A DNA stretch of 64,000 bases. Source: Hyphomicrobiaceae bacterium (GTDB lineage Bacteria > Pseudomonadota > Alphaproteobacteria > Rhizobiales > Hyphomicrobiaceae). The stretch is taken from positions 367 to 64,366 of the forward strand of contig JANPDA010000431.1 of the NCBI GenBank assembly GCA_031431235.1, read 5' to 3'. The position numbers were made by a program, and so were the translations under genes. Shown in pieces: positions 1 to 8,471 of the stretch (its first letter is position 1; each line of letters starts with the position of its first letter). The notes beneath the pieces are model-generated. The model searched no databases, was not told the DNA's origin, and saw only the letters and a program-made list of their open reading frames with translations.

Positions 1-1313
1 ACCAAGTCTAGCGCGCGCGCGATCTCGACAGCGAGCGGGGTGTTCCTGGGCGCGATGTCGGCGATCCGCGCGAGCCAGGCTTCCACCCGTGCGTCCTCGG
101 CCGCGTGTCGCAGCGACCGCAACCGGTATGGCTTCATGCGGGCGACCGCCGCGAGCGTCAGGAACCCGCGTATGCTGGTGGTCTTCACCGTGCGGCCCTT
201 GCGGGTGAGCAACTCGACGAGGCTGCGCGCCAAACCTTTGCGCAAGAGGGTCCGCCCGAGCGGAGCCGGCACCATGCCGGCAATCTCCTCGAGCCGGGGA
301 TGCAGGAACTCGGCAACGTCGACGATCTCATCGGGCTTTGCTTTCACCTCCGCGCGAATACGCGCGATACGTCCCGGATCGAGCTTCAGCTCGGCCACCC
401 GCACTGGATCCTCGTAGGTCATCGCAAGGGCGAGCTGGCGGGCCGTCTCGGTCGTCAACGGGGCATTGCCATCGCTCGTCTCGGGCTCGATTGCGGCAAT
501 CCTGGCGAGGCGATCGAGATAGAGCCCGGCGTAGCTGGCATCCTGGTAGTCGAGCACGCGCAAGGTCCCCAGCCGCGCGAGCTCGCGTACCGCCGCGGGC
601 AGCTGGTCGATACGAGCGGCAAGCGTTTCGGGGACCGGGGGAAGCGGGTTTGCAGGCTCGATGGCCTCCACCGGGGCTTGTCCCGACGCGGTCGCGAACG
701 AGGCCGCAAAGGCCGCGAGCGAGGATGCCGCGCCGATGCCCGAGCGCTCGATCGCCGCCTCATAGGCCCGGCGCTCGAATGGCAACGCGCCCGAGGCAGC
801 CAGCGCTCCCAGCATCACCGCGCTGATGACGCTGCCGGTTTTCTCCGCGATTCTCCCCATGTCGAGCATGACGAGGTGCTTGGCCGCCTTCCGGCATGCT
901 TCCTCGAGCGGCGCCGGGTCGGCCCGCCCGTCGGTCATGGCGATCTTCTCGGTCATCGCATGGACGCGATGACTGGATGCGACGAGCGTGGTGCGGTCGG
1001 GCGTGACGAGGCCGCGGCTCACGGCACGCGCGGCTTCCATCAGCTCGGAGGCGATCACGATGTCCACATCTCCCGGCACCGGCATCAGCGCCAGCACCGG
1101 CTGGCGTCCCTTCGCGCCGGCCTTGGGGAACAGCTCCAGGTAGTAGATGGTCGCGCCGGTCCGCTGGGCGACGCCCGGCACCGAGGTCGCCTGCACGATG
1201 TAGCCTTCGGCTTGCGCGAGGTCGGACAGCCAGTCGGCCAGCACCCCGCCGCCTTCCCCGCCCATCGCGAGGATCGCGAGGCGGATGGCGCGGGGGGTGT
1301 CGGCCGCCTTCAC
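1..1313 (-). CDS. iorB: indolepyruvate ferredoxin oxidoreductase subunit beta (IorB-like); C-terminus runs off the window edge
   Basis: Absent from the ORF track because there is no stop inside the window. Manual translation from GTG at 1313 gives VKAADTPRAIRLAILAMGGEGGGVLADWLSDLAQAEGYIVQATSVPGVAQRTGATIYYLELFP..., a typical IorB N-terminus. It lies about 40 nt downstream of iorA on the same strand. Confidence 0.8.
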   Translation of the reverse strand, partial: MKAADTPRAIRLAILAMGGEGGGVLADWLSDLAQAEGYIVQATSVPGVAQRTGATIYYLELFPKAGAKGRQPVLALMPVPGDVDIVIASELMEAARAVSRGLVTPDRTTLVASSHRVHAMTEKIAMTDGRADPAPLEEACRKAAKHLVMLDMGRIAEKTGSVISAVMLGALAASGALPFERRAYEAAIERSGIGAASSLAAFAASFATASGQAPVEAIEPANPLPPVPETLAARIDQLPAAVRELARLGTLRVLDYQDASYAGLYLDRLARIAAIEPETSDGNAPLTTETARQLALAMTYEDPVRVAELKLDPGRIARIRAEVKAKPDEIVDVAEFLHPRLEEIAGMVPAPLGRTLLRKGLARSLVELLTRKGRTVKTTSIRGFLTLAAVARMKPYRLRSLRHAAEDARVEAWLARIADIAPRNTPLAVEIARALDL

Positions 1314-1356
1314 TGTCCCCACCCCACCCGGCATCCCGGCCGGCGAGCCGGGATCT

Positions 1357-3525
1357 TCATAGCAGGCTCCGCGCCGATGAGGGCTCGGCGGGTCCGCGCA
1401 GCCAGTCGATGACACGTGCGCGCAGTCCCGCCCGCTTCCGGTCCCACCAACTCGGGTTCGCGATCACCGACGCGCGGTAGAACGAGGGGCACAGCACCGC
1501 CGCGTGCGCGATCTCTCCGCACAATCCGCAGCCGACACAGGAGTCGATGACCTTGGTGACGGGCGAGCGGCGTAATGGGTCGGGGTGCGGCGCGATGGTG
1601 AGCGAGGGGCAGCCGGACAGGCGGATGCAGGAATGATCGCCGGTGCAGGTCTCGGCATCGACGCCGAAGCGGTCGCGCACCACGCGCTTGCCCGCCTTCA
1701 CTGCCGCCGCGCGCAGGGGTTTTTCGCGCCGCTCCCGGTTCAGCATGCATTCCGACTGCGCGACGATCACCTTCGGCCCCTTCTTCGTCGTCGTCAGCGC
1801 CTCTTTCAGCGTGTCGCGCATTTTGGCGACGTCATAGGTGCGCCGCAGCGTTCTCACCCATTCGACGCCGACGCCGCGCACCGCCCGCTCGATCGAGTTC
1901 CAGGTCGCGCGGATCGGGCTCGGATGGCGCGAGGAGAGGAGATCCTGCCCCCCGGTTGCGGCCGAGTAGCCGTTGTCGACGATGATCGTCAGGTTGTCGG
2001 ACCGATTGAAAACCGAGTTGCCCACGCTCGACAGCAAGCCGTTGTGCCAGAAGCCGCCGTCGCCGACGATAGCGATCGCGCGCTTGCCCGCCTTGGCGTT
2101 GAGTGCCGCCGCGCCTGCCCCCCCGAGCCCATAGCCCATCGTGGTGTTGCCGATGTCGAAGGGCGGCAGGATCGAGAACAGGTGGCAGCCGATGTCGCAG
2201 GAAACGTGATGGGGCCCCAGCTCGCGCTCGACCAGCTTCATTGCCGTAAAGATCGGCCGCTCCGGGCAGCCGGTGCAGAACGACGGCGGACGGCTGTGCA
2301 TGACGCCATTGCCCAGCGCGGCGAGTGCGTCCTCGGGCGGGGCAGCAGCGGCGGGTGCGTCGGCCAGCAGGTCGGCCCGGTAGGCAGCGATGAACTTCCG
2401 CAACCCCTCCCGCATTACCGCGCCGGTGTACTCGCCCGCCATCGGCAGCATGTCCTTGCCATGCACCTTGGTCTGGATGTCGGCCCGGCGCAGGATCGTA
2501 TTCACGGCCTGCTCGATGAAGTCGGGCTGGCCCTCCTCGACGATCAGGATTGCTTTTCTGCCCTGGCAGAAACGCTTCAACTCGTCATCGCACAGCGGAT
2601 AGGTCACGTTGAGGACATAGAGCGGCACGTCGCTGTCGCCAAAGGCGTTGGCGAGCCCCAACAGCTCGAGCGCCCGCAGCGCGGTATTATACATTCCCCC
2701 CTGCATCACGATGCCGATGTCGCGTGCTTCGCCGGGGAAGATCTCGTTCAAGCCATGCCCGGTGATGAACCGCACGGCGGCGGGCCAGCGCTTTTCGATC
2801 TTCTCCTTCTCGTGCAGAAAGGAGGCTGGCGGCAGCACGATCCGGGAGGTGTCGCGAACCGGGCTTTCGAGCGCGTCTTTCAGCCCATACGAGGGCCGCA
2901 CATTGTCCTTGGCGATGAAGCTGCCGGTGACGTGGCAGGCGCGGATGCGCACCTCCAGCATGACCGGCGTGTTGGAGGCTTCCGACAGCTCGAAACCCTT
3001 CTCCACCATCTCGACGATCTTCGCCAGGTTGGGGCGCGGGTCGAGCAACCAGATCTGCGACTTCATGGCGAAGGCGTGGGAGCGTTCCTGCATGATCGAG
3101 GAGCCCTCGCCATAGTCCTCGCCGACGACGATCAGCGCGCCACCGGTGACGCCGCCCGAGGCGAGGTTGGCGAGCGCGTCGGCGGCGACATTGGTCCCGA
3201 CCGTCGATTTGAATGTGGCGGCACCGCGCAGGGGATAGTTGACGGAGGCCGCGAGCGTTGCGGCAGCCGTTGCTTCCGATGCGCTGCTCTCGAAATGTAT
3301 GCCGAGGCTTTCCAGAATGTCGTTGGCGTCCGCCAGCACATCAATCAGGTGCGAGATCGGCGCACCCTGATAGCCCGCCACGTACGAGACGCCCGACTGC
3401 AGCAGCGCCTTGGTGATCGCGAGGATGCCCTCGCCGTGGAACTCCTCACCCGCCTTCAGGCGCAGCTTCTCGACCTCTTGCTTGAACGACCGCTCGGCCA
3501 TCGACGCCCCGCTATCGGCTGACAA
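1357..3525 (-). CDS. iorA: indolepyruvate ferredoxin oxidoreductase subunit alpha (IorA); TPP-binding with 4Fe-4S ferredoxin-like C-terminus
   Basis: 722-aa ORF with GILAITKALLQSGVSYVAGYQGAPISHL, the TPP motif IAIVGDGGFWHNG, and the Cys cluster CTGDHSCIRLSGCPS...CVGCGLCGE. An alternative start (MAERSF) is at 3501. Confidence 0.9.
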   Translation of the reverse strand: MSADSGASMAERSFKQEVEKLRLKAGEEFHGEGILAITKALLQSGVSYVAGYQGAPISHLIDVLADANDILESLGIHFESSASEATAAATLAASVNYPLRGAATFKSTVGTNVAADALANLASGGVTGGALIVVGEDYGEGSSIMQERSHAFAMKSQIWLLDPRPNLAKIVEMVEKGFELSEASNTPVMLEVRIRACHVTGSFIAKDNVRPSYGLKDALESPVRDTSRIVLPPASFLHEKEKIEKRWPAAVRFITGHGLNEIFPGEARDIGIVMQGGMYNTALRALELLGLANAFGDSDVPLYVLNVTYPLCDDELKRFCQGRKAILIVEEGQPDFIEQAVNTILRRADIQTKVHGKDMLPMAGEYTGAVMREGLRKFIAAYRADLLADAPAAAAPPEDALAALGNGVMHSRPPSFCTGCPERPIFTAMKLVERELGPHHVSCDIGCHLFSILPPFDIGNTTMGYGLGGAGAAALNAKAGKRAIAIVGDGGFWHNGLLSSVGNSVFNRSDNLTIIVDNGYSAATGGQDLLSSRHPSPIRATWNSIERAVRGVGVEWVRTLRRTYDVAKMRDTLKEALTTTKKGPKVIVAQSECMLNRERREKPLRAAAVKAGKRVVRDRFGVDAETCTGDHSCIRLSGCPSLTIAPHPDPLRRSPVTKVIDSCVGCGLCGEIAHAAVLCPSFYRASVIANPSWWDRKRAGLRARVIDWLRGPAEPSSARSLL

Positions 3526-3581
3526 CTCCGAGGCGGCTCATAGCACGAACCGAGGCCAGGAGCGTAAACCGCACCCGCACC

Positions 3582-4874
3582 TCACCCCGCCGTGATCCGC
3601 TCGATCCGGGCGCCGCAGCGGCTGAGCTTTTCCTCCAGCCGCTCGAAGCCGCGGTCGAGGTGGTAGACGCGGCTGATCATGGTCTCGCCATCGGCGATGA
3701 GACCGCCGATCACCAGCGAGACCGACGCCCGCAGATCCGTTGCCATCACCGGCGCGCCCGTCAGCCGCTTGCCGCCCTTGATGGATGCCATGTCGCCGTG
3801 CAGGTGGATCTCGGCACCGAGGCGGACCAGCTCCTGTACGTGCATGAACCGGTTCTCGAAAATCGTCTCGCGGATGGTCGATGTCCCGCCGGCGGCGGTC
3901 GCGAGCGCCATCAACTGGGCCTGCAGATCGGTCGGGAAGCCCGGGAAGGGCTGCGTTTCCACGTCGACGGGATCGAGCCGGCCACCGTTGCGGGCGACGC
4001 GAATTCCCTTTGGCGTTTGCTCGATCGTCGTGCCTGCGGCCTTCAGCACGTTGAGGGCAGCCTCCAGATGCTCGATCTCGGCACCTTCGAGCAACACGTC
4101 GCCCCCGGTTGCCGCCACCGCCATGGCGAACGTGCCGGTTTCGATCCGGTCGGGCAGGACCGTATGTCGCGCGCCCTCGAGGCGGTCGACACCGGCGATG
4201 TGCAAGGTCTGGCTACCGATGCCTTCGATACGGGCACCCATGGCGACGAGGCAGCGCGCTACGTCGCCGATCTCGGGCTCGCGTGCGGCATTCTCGATCA
4301 CCGTCTCGCCCTTGGCGAGCACGGCCGCCATCAGCACGTTGTGGGTCGCGCCGACCGAGACTTTGGGGAAGATGATGCGTGCGCCGTGCAGGCCTTTGGG
4401 AGCCTTGGCAAAGACATAGCCGCCGTCAATGTCGATCTCGGCACCCAGCGCCTTGAGGCCGTAGAGATGCAGATCGATTGGCCGGGTTCCGATGGCGCAG
4501 CCGCCCGGCATCGAGACCTTCGCTCTCCCGCAACGCGCGAGCAGTGGCCCCAGCACCCAAAAACTCGCCCGCATGCGGGAGACCATCTCGTAGGGTGCAG
4601 TCGTGTCGACGATGTCGCGGGCGGTCAGATGGAAGGTCTCGCCCAGATGCTTGACGCCGCCAGCACGCTTGCCATCGACCGCGAGGTCGACACCATGATT
4701 GCGCAGGATGCGGGCGAGCAGGTTCACGTCCGCCAGGTTGGGGACGTTCTTCAGCGTCAGCGTCTCCTGGCTCAGAATCGAGGCGATCATCAGCGGCAGT
4801 GCCGCGTTCTTGGCTCCCGAGATCGGGATCGTGCCGATCAGCCGCTCGCCGCCATTGATGCGGATCCTGTCCAT
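3582..4874 (-). CDS. murA: UDP-N-acetylglucosamine 1-carboxyvinyltransferase
   Basis: [29 protein letters not shown]... with the catalytic Cys loop [14 protein letters not shown]. The start was chosen at ATG 4874 inside the longer 3582..4976 ORF. Confidence 0.95.
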   Translation of the reverse strand: MDRIRINGGERLIGTIPISGAKNAALPLMIASILSQETLTLKNVPNLADVNLLARILRNHGVDLAVDGKRAGGVKHLGETFHLTARDIVDTTAPYEMVSRMRASFWVLGPLLARCGRAKVSMPGGCAIGTRPIDLHLYGLKALGAEIDIDGGYVFAKAPKGLHGARIIFPKVSVGATHNVLMAAVLAKGETVIENAAREPEIGDVARCLVAMGARIEGIGSQTLHIAGVDRLEGARHTVLPDRIETGTFAMAVAATGGDVLLEGAEIEHLEAALNVLKAAGTTIEQTPKGIRVARNGGRLDPVDVETQPFPGFPTDLQAQLMALATAAGGTSTIRETIFENRFMHVQELVRLGAEIHLHGDMASIKGGKRLTGAPVMATDLRASVSLVIGGLIADGETMISRVYHLDRGFERLEEKLSRCGARIERITAG

Positions 4875-5063
4875 CTCGCTCGCTCCCTTGGTGGGTTCCG
4901 GGGCGGCCGCATCCGGCCATTCGAAGTCCCGTTTAGGTGCTTCGGGCCGCCACGACAAGCTGCGCCAGTCACGCATGGCGCGCAGACCGGCTGGTAACGG
5001 CGGCTTTACCTTTCACCAACGAGAATGCCAGCTGGACGATTCGCGCAACCCAAAGGTACTCGT

Positions 5064-6272
5064 ATGGCCAGCAGCATCCTCGACACGACCGAGCCGGACA
5101 AGCCGCTGCCGTTGCCCGAGATGCTCAAAATCGCGACCGAGCGCTATGGCAAGACGCTGGGTGCGCTCGTCTCCGACATGGCGAAGCTGTCGTTCGGGCC
5201 AGGCAAGATCTCGGCGGAAGAGTACTTCGACTTGCGACTGTTCGATGATGCAGGCCTTGCCGGCGCCGACAAGCGCGAGTTCGTCGGCATGCGCGGCTCC
5301 AAGGTGATCGGGCTGTCGGCCAACCGCAACGAGCACTGGTACGCGATCGTCTCGGACAAGCTCACCTTCTATACGCTGATGAACGGCTATGGGCTCCCGA
5401 CCATCCGCCAGAAGGCGCTCTATCACACATCCTTGGACCTGCCCGCGCTCGGCATGCTGCGCAGTGCCGATGAGATCGCCGCCTTCCTGACCAATCCAGC
5501 CAACCTGCCCATTTTCGGCAAGCCCTGCTCGTCGTCGCTGAGCCTGGGCACCGTCGCGATCGAGGGGTTCGACGAGGCACAAGGCAGCCTCGTGCTGTCG
5601 GGCAATCGGCGCGCCGATCCGGCCGCGCTCGCCGCCGAGGTGGTGAGGAGCTATCGTAACGGCTACATGTTCCAGGAGCGCCTGCAGCCGCACCCCGAGC
5701 TCGACCGGCTGATCGGTCATCGCATCGGAACGATCCGTGTCTACACCATCTGCGGCCAGGATGGCCCGGAGGTGTTCCGCGTGTGCTGGAAGGTGCCCGC
5801 GGGTGCCAGCATGGCCGACAATTTCTGGCGCAAGGGCAACATGCTGGCGGCGCTCGACCAGGCGACCGGCGAGGTGATGCGCGTCATCCGTGGCGCCGGC
5901 CTCAACCAGGTCGAGGTCGAGAACCATCCCGATACCGGTGCGCGGCTCGTGGGGGCGCGGATCCCAGGCTGGGACGACATCCTGAAAACCGCGCTGTGGG
6001 CCGCCAAGGTGGTCTCGAATGTACCCCTGATCGGCTGGGACATCGCGCAGACCGACCGTGGTCCGGTGCTGGTCGAAGCCAACAACACGCCCGATTTCCG
6101 CCTCGTCGAGATGGCCGAGCGACGCGGCGTCTGGGACGAGCGGCTGAAAGGTTTCCTGACCCACCTGGAGAGCGTCTACTCCAAGGCCGAAACCCGCCAT
6201 ATCGAGCGCCTGAAAGGTCTCAGGCGCCGCGGCATCACCAAAGTGTTCGATTCGATCCGGCGCGCGGGGTAG
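5064..6272 (+). CDS. ATP-grasp domain protein (alpha-L-glutamate-ligase-like / sugar-transfer-associated ATP-grasp family)
   Basis: About 400 aa, matching from memory the family annotated as sugar-transfer associated ATP-grasp (IGTIRVYT..., MADNFWRKGNMLA, IGWDIAQTDRGPVLVEANNTPDF). Start taken at MASSILD (5064). Confidence 0.6.
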   Translation: MASSILDTTEPDKPLPLPEMLKIATERYGKTLGALVSDMAKLSFGPGKISAEEYFDLRLFDDAGLAGADKREFVGMRGSKVIGLSANRNEHWYAIVSDKLTFYTLMNGYGLPTIRQKALYHTSLDLPALGMLRSADEIAAFLTNPANLPIFGKPCSSSLSLGTVAIEGFDEAQGSLVLSGNRRADPAALAAEVVRSYRNGYMFQERLQPHPELDRLIGHRIGTIRVYTICGQDGPEVFRVCWKVPAGASMADNFWRKGNMLAALDQATGEVMRVIRGAGLNQVEVENHPDTGARLVGARIPGWDDILKTALWAAKVVSNVPLIGWDIAQTDRGPVLVEANNTPDFRLVEMAERRGVWDERLKGFLTHLESVYSKAETRHIERLKGLRRRGITKVFDSIRRAG

Positions 6273-6307
6273 TGCTGCTTCGGGCAAGCTGCCGCCCGCC
6301 CCTACGC

Positions 6308-6496
6308 TCATGGCATCTCGACTGTAGCGACCGGCAGGTCGCCGGATTCGAGATAGGGATATGCTGCGAGGATCTGCTCACGAGTCTCTCCCGCGGCGAG
6401 AAGGCCGAGGAGTCGCGCCACGGGAAAACGTAGCCCACGAATGCATGGCTTGCCCGTGCAGACTTTCGGATCGATGGTAATGCGGTTGAGCTTCAT
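6308..6496 (-). CDS. DUF433 domain protein (antitoxin-like, helix-turn-helix)
   Basis: 62 aa: MKLNRITIDPKVCTGKPCIRGLRFPVARLLGLLAAGETREQILAAYPYL, the classic DUF433 signature. Confidence 0.8.
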   Translation of the reverse strand: MKLNRITIDPKVCTGKPCIRGLRFPVARLLGLLAAGETREQILAAYPYLESGDLPVATVEMP

Positions 6497-6695
6497 GAGC
6501 TGACTATGCCCGATCGAAAACCAATTGAACTGATCAGATCGCTGGGCTCACCTGCCCTCCCGCCCTCGATCGCCTTCGGCGTCACATCGATTCGCTCCCT
6601 CGCACGTTCCAGCTCGGCCCTCTCGCCCGCCATAGACACGCCCCCCCGAGGCGCCAATAATCTGCTCGTAGACGAGGAGCCAACCCCGCCGTTGC

Positions 6696-7103
6696 TCAAA
6701 GCGGTGAAAGCCTGACCGTCCCAAGGGACTGCGCCGCACGGTGCAGACGCTTGTCGGCGGTAATGAGCGGCGCCTGCTGGCGATCGGCAAGTGCGATGTA
6801 GAGGCAGTCATGAACCGGGTGATCGAACTGGCGACTGATCGTTGCCGCCTTTGGCAGAAGCAACGCGACCGATACGGGATGGGTGACCAGGGCCAGCAGG
6901 ATCGCAGGCGCGCGTTCGAGTTGCTCGACGAGATAGTCTCCGCGTCGCCAGCGTTTCCAAAGCGCGTTGTAGGCTTGGGCAAATACGAACTCCGGCGCCC
7001 AGATCTCGCTTGCACGAGCAACCGCTGCGCGGACAAGTGCCGAATCGTGCTCGCGAGCCAGGAGTTTTACGAGGACACTTGCGTCAACGATATGCCCCGA
7101 CAT
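6696..7103 (-). CDS. vapC: type II toxin VapC (PIN domain ribonuclease), FitB-like
   Basis: 135 aa: IVDASVLVKLL... DHPVHDCLYIALADRQQAPLITADKRL. The PIN acidic residues are present. It overlaps the upstream antitoxin gene by 20 nt. Confidence 0.85.
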   Translation of the reverse strand: MSGHIVDASVLVKLLAREHDSALVRAAVARASEIWAPEFVFAQAYNALWKRWRRGDYLVEQLERAPAILLALVTHPVSVALLLPKAATISRQFDHPVHDCLYIALADRQQAPLITADKRLHRAAQSLGTVRLSPL

Positions 7104-7326
7104 TGTCGCGGTCCTCGCGAATGAGGTCTGTCGAGTCGAGCGTGGATTCGGGCGTCATGGCGCGCAACTCGTCGGCTGCTGCAAGAGCGAGATCGAGGCT
7201 GGGCTTGGCGGCGTGCGCAAGCATCTCGGCAATGATTGCGCCAACGGACCTACCTTCCCTTTGCGCGCGCTCATGCAAGAGCGAAACCAGATCCTCGCTC
7301 AGGTCATCGACAACAATTTGGGCCAT
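7084..7326 (-). CDS. vapB: type II antitoxin, FitA/VapB-like (ribbon-helix-helix type)
   Basis: 80 aa starting at ATG 7326: MAQIVVDDLSEDLVSLLHERAQREGRSVGAIIAEML...DSTDLIREDRD. It is a paralog of the 15962..16204 product. Confidence 0.8.
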   Translation of the reverse strand: MAQIVVDDLSEDLVSLLHERAQREGRSVGAIIAEMLAHAAKPSLDLALAAADELRAMTPESTLDSTDLIREDRDNVGAYR

Positions 7327-7372
7327 GTCGTCCTCCCTTCGACCATTATAGCACCGAGCGGCTCCGCGCCAA

Positions 7373-8428
7373 CTACTCCCGCGGCCTGAGCACCACGAAC
7401 ATGGCCTCCCCTTTGGTGCTGGAGCCGACGGTGTAGGCCCGCTCGTCCTCGCCAAAGTAGATATCGCCGCGCTCCGGGCCACTGATCTCGGACTTGGCGC
7501 CGATATCCTGCGCGATCAGCAGGCGGAAGAAGCCGGAATGGCCGGTCTCGGTGCGCACGCCCGCCGCCAGCACGAAGATCGGCTGGCCGATCGCATGATA
7601 GCTCGGATCGACCGCGAGGCTGCGACCCGGCGTCAACGCAATGCCCTTGACGCCCATCGGCGCTGCAGAGCGTGAAAAGAACGCGTAGGACTGGTTCTGC
7701 CAATAGAGTTTTCGCGCCAGCTCGGGGCGCGCCTTCAGCCAGGCGGTGCGGACCGGGATCGACAGGGTGGCGGCGTCGGGATAGCCATTGCTGGCGAGGA
7801 TGTCGGAGATTTTGGTGTAGCGATACCCATTGCCCCCGATTGCATTGACGTCGAGCACGCCACCGTCCGCGAGCCGGATGCGCCCCGATCCTTCGGTCTG
7901 GAGCTGGAACAGGTCGGTGTGGTCGGCAAGCCAGGCGACGACTTCCGCCCGGCCATCGAGCGCGCCTTCGTCGATCGCCTTGCGGCCGGGCAAGTCGCCG
8001 GTGCCGGCCGGCCGGGCAAAGAGCGGGACTGGGAAATTGTCGGAGCGCACTCGGGCGCCTGCCATCGAGAGTTGGTAATAGCCCGTGACCTTGCCCGGGC
8101 AGCCGCTCTGCATCACCACGGCGGGCTCGAAGGCGCTTTCGAAGAACAGGCGTGCCTGGTCCTGTGTCAGTGTGCCACCGAGTGCTCGAGCCCTGGTGCA
8201 GACGGTCAGCAGCGGCAGTGGGCCCTCGATGCGCTCGCAGGACCTGATGAAGGTCGCGAACGAGGCGATGTGATCGTCCTCGATCCAGCCAGTCAGCTGC
8301 TCGTAGCCGATCGGCGCATAGCCGACGCCGGGCCGGCCGTTGTTGGCGCAGTCGCTGCCGGCGGAAACAGGGCCACTGCCCGCCAGCACAGCCGCTGCGA
8401 GAATGGGCGCTAGCAGACGCATGCTCAT
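7373..8428 (-). CDS. mltA: membrane-bound lytic murein transglycosylase A
   Basis: 351 aa with a signal peptide MSMRLLAPILAAAVLAGSGPVSA. MltA/3D-domain motifs are present: VTGYYQ, LQTEGSGRIRLADGG, GNGYRYTKISDIL, LIAQDIGA...RGDIYFG. Confidence 0.8.
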   Translation of the reverse strand: MSMRLLAPILAAAVLAGSGPVSAGSDCANNGRPGVGYAPIGYEQLTGWIEDDHIASFATFIRSCERIEGPLPLLTVCTRARALGGTLTQDQARLFFESAFEPAVVMQSGCPGKVTGYYQLSMAGARVRSDNFPVPLFARPAGTGDLPGRKAIDEGALDGRAEVVAWLADHTDLFQLQTEGSGRIRLADGGVLDVNAIGGNGYRYTKISDILASNGYPDAATLSIPVRTAWLKARPELARKLYWQNQSYAFFSRSAAPMGVKGIALTPGRSLAVDPSYHAIGQPIFVLAAGVRTETGHSGFFRLLIAQDIGAKSEISGPERGDIYFGEDERAYTVGSSTKGEAMFVVLRPRE

Positions 8429-8471
8429 TATCCCTGCGGCGGAGGTTGCCTCAGATGGGATACGAATTGGG

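Noticed and set aside
105-1412. 435-aa plus-strand ORF at the window start
   Set aside because: It is antisense to the region whose minus-strand translation gives a clear IorB sequence. No domain was recognised.
5013-6311. 432-aa minus-strand ORF
   Set aside because: It is antisense to the ATP-grasp gene, which has the recognisable family motifs. Shadow ORF.
6493-6699. 68-aa ORF from the track (MSNGGVGSSSTSRLL...)
   Set aside because: Its start is a TTG inside the vapC stop region, and the N-terminal part is low-complexity. Only the shorter ATG-initiated 46-codon version is discussed, and that only as a low-confidence observation.
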